This document shows positions 8,495 to 18,054 of a stretch of DNA of 40,582 nucleotides, one piece after another. Source of the DNA: an uncultured Planctomycetota bacterium (GTDB lineage: Bacteria; JAJVIF01; JAPKYR01; CAZSPL01). Under the pieces are notes generated by a model. It did no database searches. It had not been told where the DNA came from and saw only the letters and a list, made by a program, of their open reading frames with translations. The translations under genes were made by a program, and so were the position numbers. The stretch covers positions 1-40,582 of the forward strand of contig CAZSPL010000008.1 in NCBI GenBank assembly GCA_964608735.1, read 5' to 3'. The stretch's first letter is position 1; every line of letters starts with the position of its first letter.

Positions 8495-9221
8495 TTTTTT
8501 TCGAATCAGTCAGCGCCAGGAAAGCTGCGGTTAGATCCCGGCTTCCGGTCGTTTGCATAAGCTCTTTAATCGTCCCCTGGGCTGTCAAACTGCCTTGGTT
8601 GATGATTGCAATACGCGAACACAGGCTTGAGACTTCATGTAGAAGATGCGAAGAATAAAATATCGTTACACCCCGGTTGTTGAGTTCTCTCAGAAGGTTC
8701 TCAATGTCCTCCTGGCCCTGGGGATCAAGACCCAGCGTGGGCTCATCGAGGATGAGTATTTCGGGATCGTTTATCAAGGCCCTCGCAAGACCGAGCCTCT
8801 GCTTCATCCCCCGCGAGTACGCCCCGATCCTCTTATGTTTGTTCGCGCTCAAGTCGACTTCCGACAGGAGTCGTGTAATCCTTTGTGAAGCGGCGTCCTT
8901 TTCGAGGCCATAGAGATTCGCGAAAAATAACAAATATTCCTTTGCGGTCATCCAATCATAGAATCCCCTGCTCTCCGGCACCACGCCAAGTATCCGGGCC
9001 GTCTTATGACGGTCTTGCGCATCCAGTCCGGTCACGGTGACACTACCGCTGTCAGGCCTGAGGATACCGGTGAGCATCCTGATGGTGGTTGTCTTACCGG
9101 CTCCGTTTGGTCCCAGGAAACCGAGAAATTCACCCTTTAAGATTGATAAATTCAGGTCGACCACGGCCCTGGTTCTGCCGTATGACTTGCTGAGGCGATT
9201 TATGGCGATGACTTCATCCAT
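8487..9221 (-). CDS. ABC transporter ATP-binding protein
   Basis: Walker A GPNGAGKTT, signature YSRGMKQRL, Walker B ILILDEPT and the H-loop SSHLL are all present. Confidence 0.95.
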   Translation of the reverse strand: MDEVIAINRLSKSYGRTRAVVDLNLSILKGEFLGFLGPNGAGKTTTIRMLTGILRPDSGSVTVTGLDAQDRHKTARILGVVPESRGFYDWMTAKEYLLFFANLYGLEKDAASQRITRLLSEVDLSANKHKRIGAYSRGMKQRLGLARALINDPEILILDEPTLGLDPQGQEDIENLLRELNNRGVTIFYSSHLLHEVSSLCSRIAIINQGSLTAQGTIKELMQTTGSRDLTAAFLALTDSKKND

Positions 9222-9228
9222 GATTCTT

Positions 9229-9429
9229 TCAGGATTTTTCGGGATTGCTCCAGAATATATTAATCAATATGGCGGATAAGCTTATGATAATCAGAAACCA
9301 GCTGACGAAGAAATTGGTCGCTTCCTGACTGTCAGGAACATCATAGAGGAATTTCATGTAGAGACCCAGCATCAGCAATGCTATGGATATGAATAGAAAT
9401 ATCTGTCTCATAATTATCAATTCTCCCAC
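9229..9429 (-). CDS. small two-TM membrane protein
   Basis: 66 aa with two hydrophobic helices. It overlaps the upstream gene by 13 nt, inside the same operon. Confidence 0.55.
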   Translation of the reverse strand: MGELIIMRQIFLFISIALLMLGLYMKFLYDVPDSQEATNFFVSWFLIIISLSAILINIFWSNPEKS

Positions 9430-10028
9430 TGGAAGCTGTTTACGATGGCTGTAAATGTGTCCTTCAGCTTGTCATAATCCGCCTGTGGCGCGGTAAGTGT
9501 GATAACACCGGCCTGATCCGCCCCGGTAAAATAGGTGCGCATGGTTTCAACGGTTGCATTGTTGGCGGTATCGGTATAAACGAGCTGGAAAGCTTCGGTA
9601 TTGTTAATACTGGTTTTGATGTAGTCAATACGCGCGTAGTCGGTAAGAGTCTTTTTCAGTTTTGGCTCATCCTGGCTCAGGATGTAGAGCTCAAGGGTGC
9701 TGTTGTCGGGTACGTCCATAAGTACCACCGAGCCTGAGATGCTCGAATGGCTCAGGGCATAGCCACCGGGTTTTTCTCCGGCTTCGACCCGCCAGTCCCC
9801 CGGGAATTTAACGGTATAATAATTCTCCCTGGAATCCTTGTTATGATACGCATTGAAAACCTCCGGCTTATCATTGACTGTGACAGGTTGTTCCGGGGTC
9901 GGTTTCAATGAAGCCGGGTTGGAATTGTGGATTGCCCTGCTGCCGGAAAGAGGACCGAAGGAATATAAAAATAGTACAACCAGGGCGATCAAAGTGAGTA
10001 TGAAAATAATAATGACCTTGCTGTTCAT
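9417..10028 (-). CDS. N-terminally anchored extracytoplasmic hypothetical protein
   Basis: 203 aa. It has an N-terminal TM anchor (IIIFILTLIALVVLFLY) followed by a soluble alpha/beta-looking domain. First gene of the low-GC operon. Confidence 0.7.
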   Translation of the reverse strand: MNSKVIIIFILTLIALVVLFLYSFGPLSGSRAIHNSNPASLKPTPEQPVTVNDKPEVFNAYHNKDSRENYYTVKFPGDWRVEAGEKPGGYALSHSSISGSVVLMDVPDNSTLELYILSQDEPKLKKTLTDYARIDYIKTSINNTEAFQLVYTDTANNATVETMRTYFTGADQAGVITLTAPQADYDKLKDTFTAIVNSFQWEN

Positions 10029-10159
10029 GAGTAATCACCATGTTTGAAGACACCAGTGGAATAAAAAACGCCCAAGCTATAGAACGTCAAAAGGGGAAAT
10101 TACGGAAACATTACATTTAAAAACCGGGCATTGCCACCTGGAATAATATCCTTGATAAA

Positions 10160-10232
<73 letters not shown>

Positions 10233-10305
10233 AAGGCGGAAGATATTCTACCATGTGGATGAAGGCAGGTAAAGATGGGGAGGAAGGGGAACAAGGCGGA
10301 AAACG

Positions 10306-11868
10306 ATGATTGAGATCAAGACCGGGAAGAGAGAGTTCGATGAGTTCTGGCCGAAGGTGCGGGGATTCCTCGAAGCGGATGTCCGCGAGATTCCTTACAA
10401 GGGGCGCACTGTGCGCGGCTACCGAAGCCCCGACTGCCCCTATATCTGGTTCCGCGACCACATCCATATGATGGAAGCCACCGTCTACATGGAGAAGGAC
10501 ATCAAGAATGCCGTCGAATTCATGCTCAAAAAGCAGCAGCCCGACGGCTCATTCTTCGATTACATATCCCCCGAAGGCGAGATGCTGAGGGTGCCGACTG
10601 AGGCCGATGTCGAGTACCTCGCGGTGATAGGGGTCTACAGGGCGTGGAAGGCATCGGGGGATGACGAGTGGATGAAGAACTGCCTGCCGAAACTGGAGAA
10701 GGGGCTGGAATATTGCACTTCGCACCCGTGGCGCTGGGATGAAAAACACAAGATGATCAAGCGGGCATATACTATAGATACATGGGATTTCGATTACCGC
10801 GAAGACCTCAACGAAATCCACTGGCCCGGCAAGATCGATGACAAGACCCATTTCGGCATCATGCACGGCGACAACAGCGGGCTGCATTATGCGTATAGGC
10901 TGATGGTGGAGATGATGACCGCCTCAGGTAGTAAAAAGGAAGCCCGGAAATATCTGTACAAAGCCAATAAGCTTCGCAGGCGGGTGAATAAGCTCCTTTT
11001 CAACGGGAAGTTCTACAGGCACCGGTTCCCGCTCGATGACGTGCGGATTCCCGGAGTTAATGAGGAGGAGCAACTCTCCCTATCAAACGCTTATAACCTT
11101 AACCGGGGACTTCCTACTGTTGAGATGGCGCAGTCAATCATCGAGGAATACCAGTCGCGGCGTAATCCGGAGAAGGCGTTCGCGGAATGGTACAGTATCG
11201 ATCCGCCGTTCCCGGTCGGCGTATTCGGTTCTGAAAAACTTGTTCCAGGCTCGTATGTCAACGGCGGAATCATGCCGCTTGTCGGAGGGGAACTGGCAAG
11301 GGGGGCATTCAAGTTCGGGTATTCCGATTATGGGGTAGATATTCTGCGGCGGTATTTCGAATTGATCGACCGAACCGGGGAATCCTATCTGTGGTACTTC
11401 CCGAACGGCAAAGCTCCCACTGCCGAGGAGAGCACGTCGCCGGAGGCGCTCCCCACAGACGGATGGGGATCCTCGGCGATGGCGGCTGCATTCATAGAAG
11501 GATTAGCCGGAATCAATGATGAAGCAGGTCGATTCGAGTTCATCGATCTGAGGCCGCGCTGGTTTTCCGCTGGAGTAAACGAAGCGGATGTTCGGGTCAG
11601 CTATGCCGCTTCAGGAGCGAGTTTCGGGTATTCATTCAGGCATTATGCCGACGAAGGGCGGATCTTGCTGGAAGTTGAACCGGGGAATCATAGCGTGCGG
11701 GTCGATATATTAATCCCGGAGGGAGTACACATTGAAGAAACAGTGCGTTTCGAGGATGATCCTTACTTAAGAAACGCGTTTATATTTCGCGACGGCACAC
11801 ATGTAAAAGCGCATTTTGTGAGTGGGAATGATCCTGTGAAAATTGAGATCAAATATGAGAGGCTTTAG
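10306..11868 (+). CDS. cytoplasmic (alpha/alpha)6-barrel glycoside-hydrolase-like protein
   Basis: 520 aa with no signal peptide. It has helical-repeat/acidic motifs (DTWDFD, HGDNSGL, VNGGIMPLVGGE, DGWGSSAMAAAFIEGLAG) resembling six-hairpin glycosidases. The GH family cannot be assigned by eye. Confidence 0.6.
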   Translation: MIEIKTGKREFDEFWPKVRGFLEADVREIPYKGRTVRGYRSPDCPYIWFRDHIHMMEATVYMEKDIKNAVEFMLKKQQPDGSFFDYISPEGEMLRVPTEADVEYLAVIGVYRAWKASGDDEWMKNCLPKLEKGLEYCTSHPWRWDEKHKMIKRAYTIDTWDFDYREDLNEIHWPGKIDDKTHFGIMHGDNSGLHYAYRLMVEMMTASGSKKEARKYLYKANKLRRRVNKLLFNGKFYRHRFPLDDVRIPGVNEEEQLSLSNAYNLNRGLPTVEMAQSIIEEYQSRRNPEKAFAEWYSIDPPFPVGVFGSEKLVPGSYVNGGIMPLVGGELARGAFKFGYSDYGVDILRRYFELIDRTGESYLWYFPNGKAPTAEESTSPEALPTDGWGSSAMAAAFIEGLAGINDEAGRFEFIDLRPRWFSAGVNEADVRVSYAASGASFGYSFRHYADEGRILLEVEPGNHSVRVDILIPEGVHIEETVRFEDDPYLRNAFIFRDGTHVKAHFVSGNDPVKIEIKYERL

Positions 11869-11883
11869 CCGAACCAGATGAAA

Positions 11884-12951
11884 TTACTTTTTCAGCCATC
11901 TCTCTCTATTCTCATTTACAAACCCATCATCCCTCAATTCAGGATACGCGTTCCATATCCTGTCAATTTCCTCCATCTGGCTGGGGGATAAATCGAGGCC
12001 TGGGTCGATGCACCTTCGGTTTTCGAGTAATCCCTGACGCCTTAATACTTCGTGAATTCCCGGGATGCATCTCGCGAAATTATTGCGCGCATCGAATATC
12101 GCGGCGTTGGCATCGGTAAGCTGCATCCCAGTTCTAAGCAACTCGGGCGAAACGGCGCTGCGCGACTCCCTGAGCCGCTTGACTTCATCGAGCATCGCAA
12201 CCGCATTGCGGGTCCAAACCGCCCACTGCCCGAGTAAGCCGCCCGCGATTCGCGTCTTCAACCCGTTGCCGAAATCGAATTCGGTCAGCAGGTCGAACAG
12301 GATGTTGTCGTCATTCCCCGTATACAGCGCGATTTCATCATTCCTTCCCGATGCCGCCACCGCGCGCGCGACTTCGAGCGTTTCGTATCGGCTGAACGGC
12401 GCTATCTTTATCGCGACGACATTCTCGATTTCCGCGAACCGTGCCCAGAATTCGAATCCGAGCCGCCGTCCTCCAACCGCCGTTTGCAGATAGAAGCCGA
12501 ACAACGGGATGATTTCCGAGACAGCTTTACAATGCGCAATCAATTCGTCATCCGATGCATCCTTCATCGCGCCGAGGCTGAGAAGTCCCGCGTGATAACC
12601 TGCATCGACGGCGGTCTGCGCTTCCGAAACCGCCTGCGATGTATCCCCGCAAATTCCCGCGATGAGCGCTATCGGACGTTCAGCTTCATTCCATTCTTTT
12701 TCGGTATTGCGAACATTCTTCAGAACCGGCTTGTAGAGCCCGATTACGGGGTCGCGTATCTCGAATTGCGTCGTATGCACGCCGACGGCCAGCCCTCCGG
12801 CTCCGGCATCGATGTAGTACCGCGTCAGCCCCCGCATCCGCCGTTCATCGAATTTACCATCGGCATTCAACGCGAGCGGATGCGCCGGGATTACGACCCC
12901 ATGTCTGAGGTTCGCGAGGATGGCATCGGGCGGCATCGGTAAACTGCTCAC
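11884..12951 (-). CDS. DapA/NAL-family class I aldolase or dehydratase (dihydrodipicolinate synthase family protein)
   Basis: 355 aa. TIM-barrel motifs are present, with the Schiff-base lysine context VVAIKIAP and GFYLQ in place of the YN.P motif. Last gene of the six-gene minus-strand operon. Confidence 0.8.
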   Translation of the reverse strand: MSSLPMPPDAILANLRHGVVIPAHPLALNADGKFDERRMRGLTRYYIDAGAGGLAVGVHTTQFEIRDPVIGLYKPVLKNVRNTEKEWNEAERPIALIAGICGDTSQAVSEAQTAVDAGYHAGLLSLGAMKDASDDELIAHCKAVSEIIPLFGFYLQTAVGGRRLGFEFWARFAEIENVVAIKIAPFSRYETLEVARAVAASGRNDEIALYTGNDDNILFDLLTEFDFGNGLKTRIAGGLLGQWAVWTRNAVAMLDEVKRLRESRSAVSPELLRTGMQLTDANAAIFDARNNFARCIPGIHEVLRRQGLLENRRCIDPGLDLSPSQMEEIDRIWNAYPELRDDGFVNENRERWLKK

Positions 12952-12954
12952 GGC

Positions 12955-14013
12955 TCAGAAGCTCCCATCCCGAGTTTCGAAATGCGTGGGTTTATTGTAT
13001 ACGGGCAGGTCGCTCATCACCCAGAATGATATCCATTCAATCATCTGCTTCAGCGATACGGACGGTTCGCCGAAAAGCTCCACGGAAAGCGATGCGTCGC
13101 TCAACAGCGCGGTATCCGTTCGCTCCCCGGTGAATATCGGGTCCTTTTTCATCAGGCGCCCGAAATGGTTCGCCACGCCGCTTACCGAGATGCTGTCGGC
13201 GCCGGTGATGTTGATGACCTTCGGCGGTGACTGGCAATATTGCAGGCAGAGCAGCGCGCGCTCGCATGCATCGGCCTGCCATATCGCGTTGAAGTAACTC
13301 ATCGTAAGGTCGACCGGTTCCTCGTGCCAGATTTTGAGCGCGATGTCGACGAGGACGCCATAGCGAAGTTCCACCGCGTAGTTCAGGCGGAAGATGCACA
13401 CCGGCGTGCCGTATTTTTCGGAATAGTAGGTGAACACCCGCTCGCGCCCGAGGCATGACATGGCGTATTCCCCGACCGGCCCCGGCTCGACATCCTCCGC
13501 CGGACCGTCCGATATCACCGGGAAGAGCGGGTATACATTGCCGGTTGAGAATACGACGGTATGCGCATCGATGAATCTCGCCGCCGCGAGACCGGGAAGG
13601 AATGCATTCAATGTCCACGTAAGCGGACGGTTCGATGACGCGCCGAATTTCATCCCGGCCATGTAGATGACATATGGCGCGTCGGGAAGTTTATCAAGCG
13701 CGCCGGGCTCCAGCATGTCGCACGTGATTGTCGCGATGCCGGCGCTTTCGAGGGTTTTTATCACGCCCTTGTCGGGGAACAGATCGACCGCGGTTATCCC
13801 GATGTCCCTCCCGGCTTCATCCGCCGCGCGCTTCGCCATGATGCACAAACTCGGCCCCATCTTACCCCCCGCGCCGAGGACAAGAATCCCGCCTTCAAGG
13901 GCTGAAAACACCGCCGGAAGCCGTGGTGTGGGTTTGGTGAGAATTTCGATAAGCTTCTCTTCGGAGTCGATCGGCGTCTCGGGGAAACGCCTTACGGATT
14001 CATTCAACGTCAA
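12955..14013 (-). CDS. extended-SDR (NAD-dependent epimerase/dehydratase) family protein, atypical active site
   Basis: 352 aa. It has the Rossmann motif VLGAGGKMG and an FSTGNVY Ser region. The Y..SK motif reads EYAMSC. There is a 4-nt ATGA overlap with the upstream gene. Confidence 0.8.
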   Translation of the reverse strand: MTLNESVRRFPETPIDSEEKLIEILTKPTPRLPAVFSALEGGILVLGAGGKMGPSLCIMAKRAADEAGRDIGITAVDLFPDKGVIKTLESAGIATITCDMLEPGALDKLPDAPYVIYMAGMKFGASSNRPLTWTLNAFLPGLAAARFIDAHTVVFSTGNVYPLFPVISDGPAEDVEPGPVGEYAMSCLGRERVFTYYSEKYGTPVCIFRLNYAVELRYGVLVDIALKIWHEEPVDLTMSYFNAIWQADACERALLCLQYCQSPPKVINITGADSISVSGVANHFGRLMKKDPIFTGERTDTALLSDASLSVELFGEPSVSLKQMIEWISFWVMSDLPVYNKPTHFETRDGSF

Positions 14014-15167
14014 ACTTCACTTCCTCCGTCATCCCCCCTGCGTACCGCCCCCACCGGGCAGACTTGCACGCAGAACCCGCATGAAACGCACGTTGCGGGG
14101 ATGATCTTGTAAACACCATCTTCGTTGGAAATCGATTCGTGCGGGCATCGCTGCCTGCATATGTCGCACGAGATGCACAGCTCGACATCTATGTGATGTG
14201 GTATCTTCTGTCCGCGTACAATCTCGCTCGAGCCGAGCACTGAGCCGCCTGAAACCTTCCCCCTGAACGCCGCCACATTTGGATATCCCTTCAAATCCAT
14301 CCACGCTTTAAGTCCCGCGATGAATTTCCCCGCGACTTCATAACCGTTCATATATATTGCGGTGCATACCTGTACCGCGCCCGCGCCCGCGAGGAGATAC
14401 TTGATGACATCCGCCGCCGAGGTCGTCCCGCCCGATGCCGCGACATCCATGCCGGTCGCCGGAGAAATGCGGCTGACCCATAGCATGGGAAAATGAAAGG
14501 CGAATGCCCCCCCGTGCCCGGCGGCGCCGCCATGCATTATCGGCCTCTCGTTTTCGATGTCGATATCGAGTCCCGCGAAGCGGTTGAACATCACCACGCC
14601 CCGCACTCCCATAAACTCAAGTTCCGTAACCACGAGTTCGATCGATGTGAGCCGCCCGGGAAGCTTGACCGCGACCGGGATGGAGACGGCATCCAGCACG
14701 GCTTCAACAGCCCGGTATATCACCGATTCCGCGATGTCACCGTTTGCCGTTACCGAGCCGTACGGGCATGAGACATTCAGCTCGATCGCGGGCGCGCCCG
14801 CATCCTGCATGCGCTTCGCATAATCGCGCCATCCGTCGCGGGTTATGCAGTTTATTGATGGGATTACCGGTATTTCAAGCTCGGTATTCGCGCGCTGGAT
14901 TTCCTCGGCATAGCGCTCCGGGCCCCAGTCCGATGCCTGCTCGAAGCTGTAGAAGACCGATGCGTCGCCGCGCTTGATGAGTGAATAACACGGCGCGGGA
15001 TCGACGCGCGATGTCTCATCCTCGAACAGCGATTTCATCACGGCCGCGCCGAAACCGGCTTCCCGGCATCGGTGCAGGCGAGCGATGTCGCGGGTCATCC
15101 CCGATGAAGCGGCGATGAGAGGGCTGTCGAGCTTCAGGCCGAGGTATGTGATGCTGATATCAGGCAT
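14010..15167 (-). CDS. dihydroorotate/dihydropyrimidine-dehydrogenase-like (PreA-type) flavoprotein with a C-terminal 2x[4Fe-4S] domain
   Basis: Start moved to MPDISITYLG (ATG at 15167), an 8-nt overlap with the upstream stop. It has the class-1 DHOD motifs LDSPLIAASSG and ELNVSCPYG. The C-terminus carries CISCDICRQRCP and CVSCGFCVQVCP. Confidence 0.85.
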   Translation of the reverse strand: MPDISITYLGLKLDSPLIAASSGMTRDIARLHRCREAGFGAAVMKSLFEDETSRVDPAPCYSLIKRGDASVFYSFEQASDWGPERYAEEIQRANTELEIPVIPSINCITRDGWRDYAKRMQDAGAPAIELNVSCPYGSVTANGDIAESVIYRAVEAVLDAVSIPVAVKLPGRLTSIELVVTELEFMGVRGVVMFNRFAGLDIDIENERPIMHGGAAGHGGAFAFHFPMLWVSRISPATGMDVAASGGTTSAADVIKYLLAGAGAVQVCTAIYMNGYEVAGKFIAGLKAWMDLKGYPNVAAFRGKVSGGSVLGSSEIVRGQKIPHHIDVELCISCDICRQRCPHESISNEDGVYKIIPATCVSCGFCVQVCPVGAVRRGDDGGSEV

Positions 15168-16986
15168 CTCGTGTATATTCCGGCACCTTCTCTTTCTTGA
15201 CCTGCAGCTCGTTGCGTTCGTCGAGATGAACGACATGCCAGAAATGGTCGTAAGCGCTGTCGCGTGGAACTATCGCTCCGCCGGGTGAATCCGAGATGAT
15301 ATGCGAGCCGCGTGATTCGTAGCGCATCTTCGCCGATGTCAGGAACGCTTTCGCTATCGTGATGTTCGCGATGGCGAAGTTCCCCTGGTGCCAGTTTTTC
15401 TCTTCGTATTGTATACCCTTCTTATGAAGTTGCGTCAGTTTATTGAGCGCTTCGGTAAAACTTTTCCGGTTGCGAACCGCACCCATTGCATTCTTGAGCG
15501 CGTTGCCGACCATGAGCGAAGCTTCCAGCAGGTTGTATCCCGAAAGGTTCCGTCCGTCGCGGATTATCTGCTCGAGACGGTCCTGCGGGATGGTGCCGGA
15601 CGCGTGCTGCCTGGCGTCGATAGTGGAGTAGCGCGCCGCGTTGGCCCCTGCTATCGCGCCCATCACCTGGCAATCCATGAGGGAATTGCCGCCGGGACGG
15701 TTCGCGCCGTGTGGTCCGCCCGCGCATTCGCCGCAGGCATATAATCCGGATACCCCGGTATCGGCGCTCTTGTTTATCAGAATGCCGCCGAGAAAATGCT
15801 GCGCTTCGTGCCGTATTTCGACCGGGAAATGATGCAGGTCTATCCCGCGCGTCTTGAACCACTTGGCGACGTCGGGATTGTCCTTCTCGAGCCTTTCCAG
15901 CGGGGTAGCGGCATATTCAAGCCGCCTGCCGCCCTTCCAGCATTTCGCGAGGATTTTTTTATGGGTTTCTTCAGTCAAGCCGTACGGATTGAAACGGAAA
16001 TCGAGGTAGACTTCCTCATCGCGCGCGACCGCTTCCCGTATTTTAATATCCACCGGAAGCGCCTTGGATTCGGCGGATACCGGCCAGCTTGCGCCTTTCA
16101 GGAACAGCAGTTCGAGCGGGCTTTCGCATCCGTCGGGAAGTTCCATCTCATCGAGTATCTCCTCCCCTTCATGGTTGACCACCCTCGGCAACGCGCGCAG
16201 CATGCTTCCCGAGCACGCCATCCGGGTCTGCGGCGACACAAGCCCGTACTGGATGAACTCGAGGTTGACCAGTTTCGCCCCGGCGAGAAGCGCGCTGAAG
16301 AACGGGATGGCGTCGGAGCGGTTGGGATACAGCGGGCTTCCGAAAAGCGCTCCCGGCCCGCCGGTGGCCAGTATGAGTGAGTTGGCGGTGATGACGGCGG
16401 TCTCGTTGAGCGTTTTTGTACGGGCGAGGATCCTCCAGTTCATCCCTTCCCCCTTGGATTTCTGGAATGTAAGAAGCTGATGGTCGTCGAGGAACTTGAC
16501 CCCTTTCCTGCTGGCTTCCTTTAAAAGGACGGAGTGGATGTGATTGGCGGTGTACGGCCCGGTATAACATGCGCGGGGATATTCAGAGCCGTCCGTCCTG
16601 AATTGTATTGTATTGCCTATGGAATCACGCGCCCAGGGTACGCGCAGCTTTTCGAGAAATTCGAATGCCCCTTTAGCCTTCAAAGCTTCGAGGATGGCGA
16701 TATTTGGGTCTGAAACCATCCCCCCGCCGAAGAATATATCTTCCGCATGCTTCTTCTTCGCGAGGTCCCCGCCGGGAGGCGTATGCTCGAAAGCCACGTG
16801 GAATGCCATCCTGTCGGAACATGCGGTGGCGGTAAGGCCATCCGAAGTTGGGTCGCCGTGGGACATCACCATCACGCGCAGCTCGCGATTCGTCTCCAGG
16901 GCGGCCAATGCCGCGCGAAGCCCGGCTCCGCCGGCGCCTATGATGAGTATGTCTGTCTTGCTGACGCTCATCTGCTCAATCCGCAT
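15160..16986 (-). CDS. SdhA/FrdA/NadB/AprA-family FAD-dependent oxidoreductase
   Basis: 608 aa. It has DILIIGAGGAGLRAA and GECAGGPHGANRPGGNSL motifs. An alternative start is MSVSK at 16971. Confidence 0.88.
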   Translation of the reverse strand: MRIEQMSVSKTDILIIGAGGAGLRAALAALETNRELRVMVMSHGDPTSDGLTATACSDRMAFHVAFEHTPPGGDLAKKKHAEDIFFGGGMVSDPNIAILEALKAKGAFEFLEKLRVPWARDSIGNTIQFRTDGSEYPRACYTGPYTANHIHSVLLKEASRKGVKFLDDHQLLTFQKSKGEGMNWRILARTKTLNETAVITANSLILATGGPGALFGSPLYPNRSDAIPFFSALLAGAKLVNLEFIQYGLVSPQTRMACSGSMLRALPRVVNHEGEEILDEMELPDGCESPLELLFLKGASWPVSAESKALPVDIKIREAVARDEEVYLDFRFNPYGLTEETHKKILAKCWKGGRRLEYAATPLERLEKDNPDVAKWFKTRGIDLHHFPVEIRHEAQHFLGGILINKSADTGVSGLYACGECAGGPHGANRPGGNSLMDCQVMGAIAGANAARYSTIDARQHASGTIPQDRLEQIIRDGRNLSGYNLLEASLMVGNALKNAMGAVRNRKSFTEALNKLTQLHKKGIQYEEKNWHQGNFAIANITIAKAFLTSAKMRYESRGSHIISDSPGGAIVPRDSAYDHFWHVVHLDERNELQVKKEKVPEYTRDA

Positions 16987-17019
16987 CCCCGCCGGTACAA
17001 GTCTGAAAATTGCGCCCGG

Positions 17020-18048
17020 CTAAAAACCATATGAATCCAACGGACGGTTCCATTCATCGTAAACCGCTTCGATGTTCTCATACGGGTCATTCTTACCCCA
17101 TTCGGCCACCGCAATCATCCCGCCTCTGCCGCGCTCGAGCGCCTTGCGCACACGGCGCACCGCGTCGCGGACATCATCGGGGGTCCCGAATGGAAGTATG
17201 TGCTGCCGGTCTATTTCCCCCCAGAACGTAATCTTCCCACTGAAGCGCTTCCCGAGCTCTTCGATATCCATGCAGAACAACTGCGAGTTCACGGCGTCGA
17301 AGCCGATTTCGATGAAATCCGGAAATATGTCCGCGACATAACCATCCGTATGAAAGAAAACCCATTTCCCCTTTGCATGCAGGATATCGGCATAGTCCCG
17401 GTAAAGCGGTTTGAACATGTTACGCCACATCACCGGGGATATCAACATACCCGTCTGATGCCCCCAGTCGTCCATGAACGAGACGCCGTCGACATCTGTA
17501 TCCGCCAGCATGCGCATTTCCATGCAGTAGAAATCGTGCAGCATATCGAGCAGCCTCATTACTTCTTTCGACCCATATGCCAGGTCCATGAACAGCGCTT
17601 CGGTGCCTCGGAGGAATTGGATCCTCTCGAAGGGACGGGTGTCCGCGCCGATTTTCATGAACTTATCCGACGCGGTGCAGCTTGGGCCGATGCGCGAGAA
17701 GTCGGCATTTTTAAGTATTTCATATGGTGGCCTGAATTTGTCGAGCTTCGACCAGTCGGCGAGGGGAGGATGTTTCACCTCGCCGATGACCCCGAGTTCC
17801 GCGGCGCGCCATATGCATCCCCACGCGTCGGTATATTCCCCGACCTGGTACTTTTCCCCCCTGACCCTTTCGCCGATGCCGTACTCGTAATCCGGTATCC
17901 CGAAATCGTTCGGGAACCGCTCGATAAGCCGGGCATATTCGTCCCCGCGAAGCATCGTCACCGCCGGGAGCGTCCAGACATCGCGTGGTACGCGCGGTAC
18001 CGGCTCGTGGCTGAGGGTACGTATGACCAGTTCTCGCGAAGTCGGCAT
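17020..18048 (-). CDS. uroporphyrinogen-decarboxylase (URO-D) family protein, paralogue 1
   Basis: 342 aa with URO-D/MtaA-like C-terminal motifs (FMDDWG.Q, FFHTDGYV, FDAVNSQ). Confidence 0.8.
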   Translation of the reverse strand: MPTSRELVIRTLSHEPVPRVPRDVWTLPAVTMLRGDEYARLIERFPNDFGIPDYEYGIGERVRGEKYQVGEYTDAWGCIWRAAELGVIGEVKHPPLADWSKLDKFRPPYEILKNADFSRIGPSCTASDKFMKIGADTRPFERIQFLRGTEALFMDLAYGSKEVMRLLDMLHDFYCMEMRMLADTDVDGVSFMDDWGHQTGMLISPVMWRNMFKPLYRDYADILHAKGKWVFFHTDGYVADIFPDFIEIGFDAVNSQLFCMDIEELGKRFSGKITFWGEIDRQHILPFGTPDDVRDAVRRVRKALERGRGGMIAVAEWGKNDPYENIEAVYDEWNRPLDSYGF

Positions 18049-18054
18049 CGTGGT

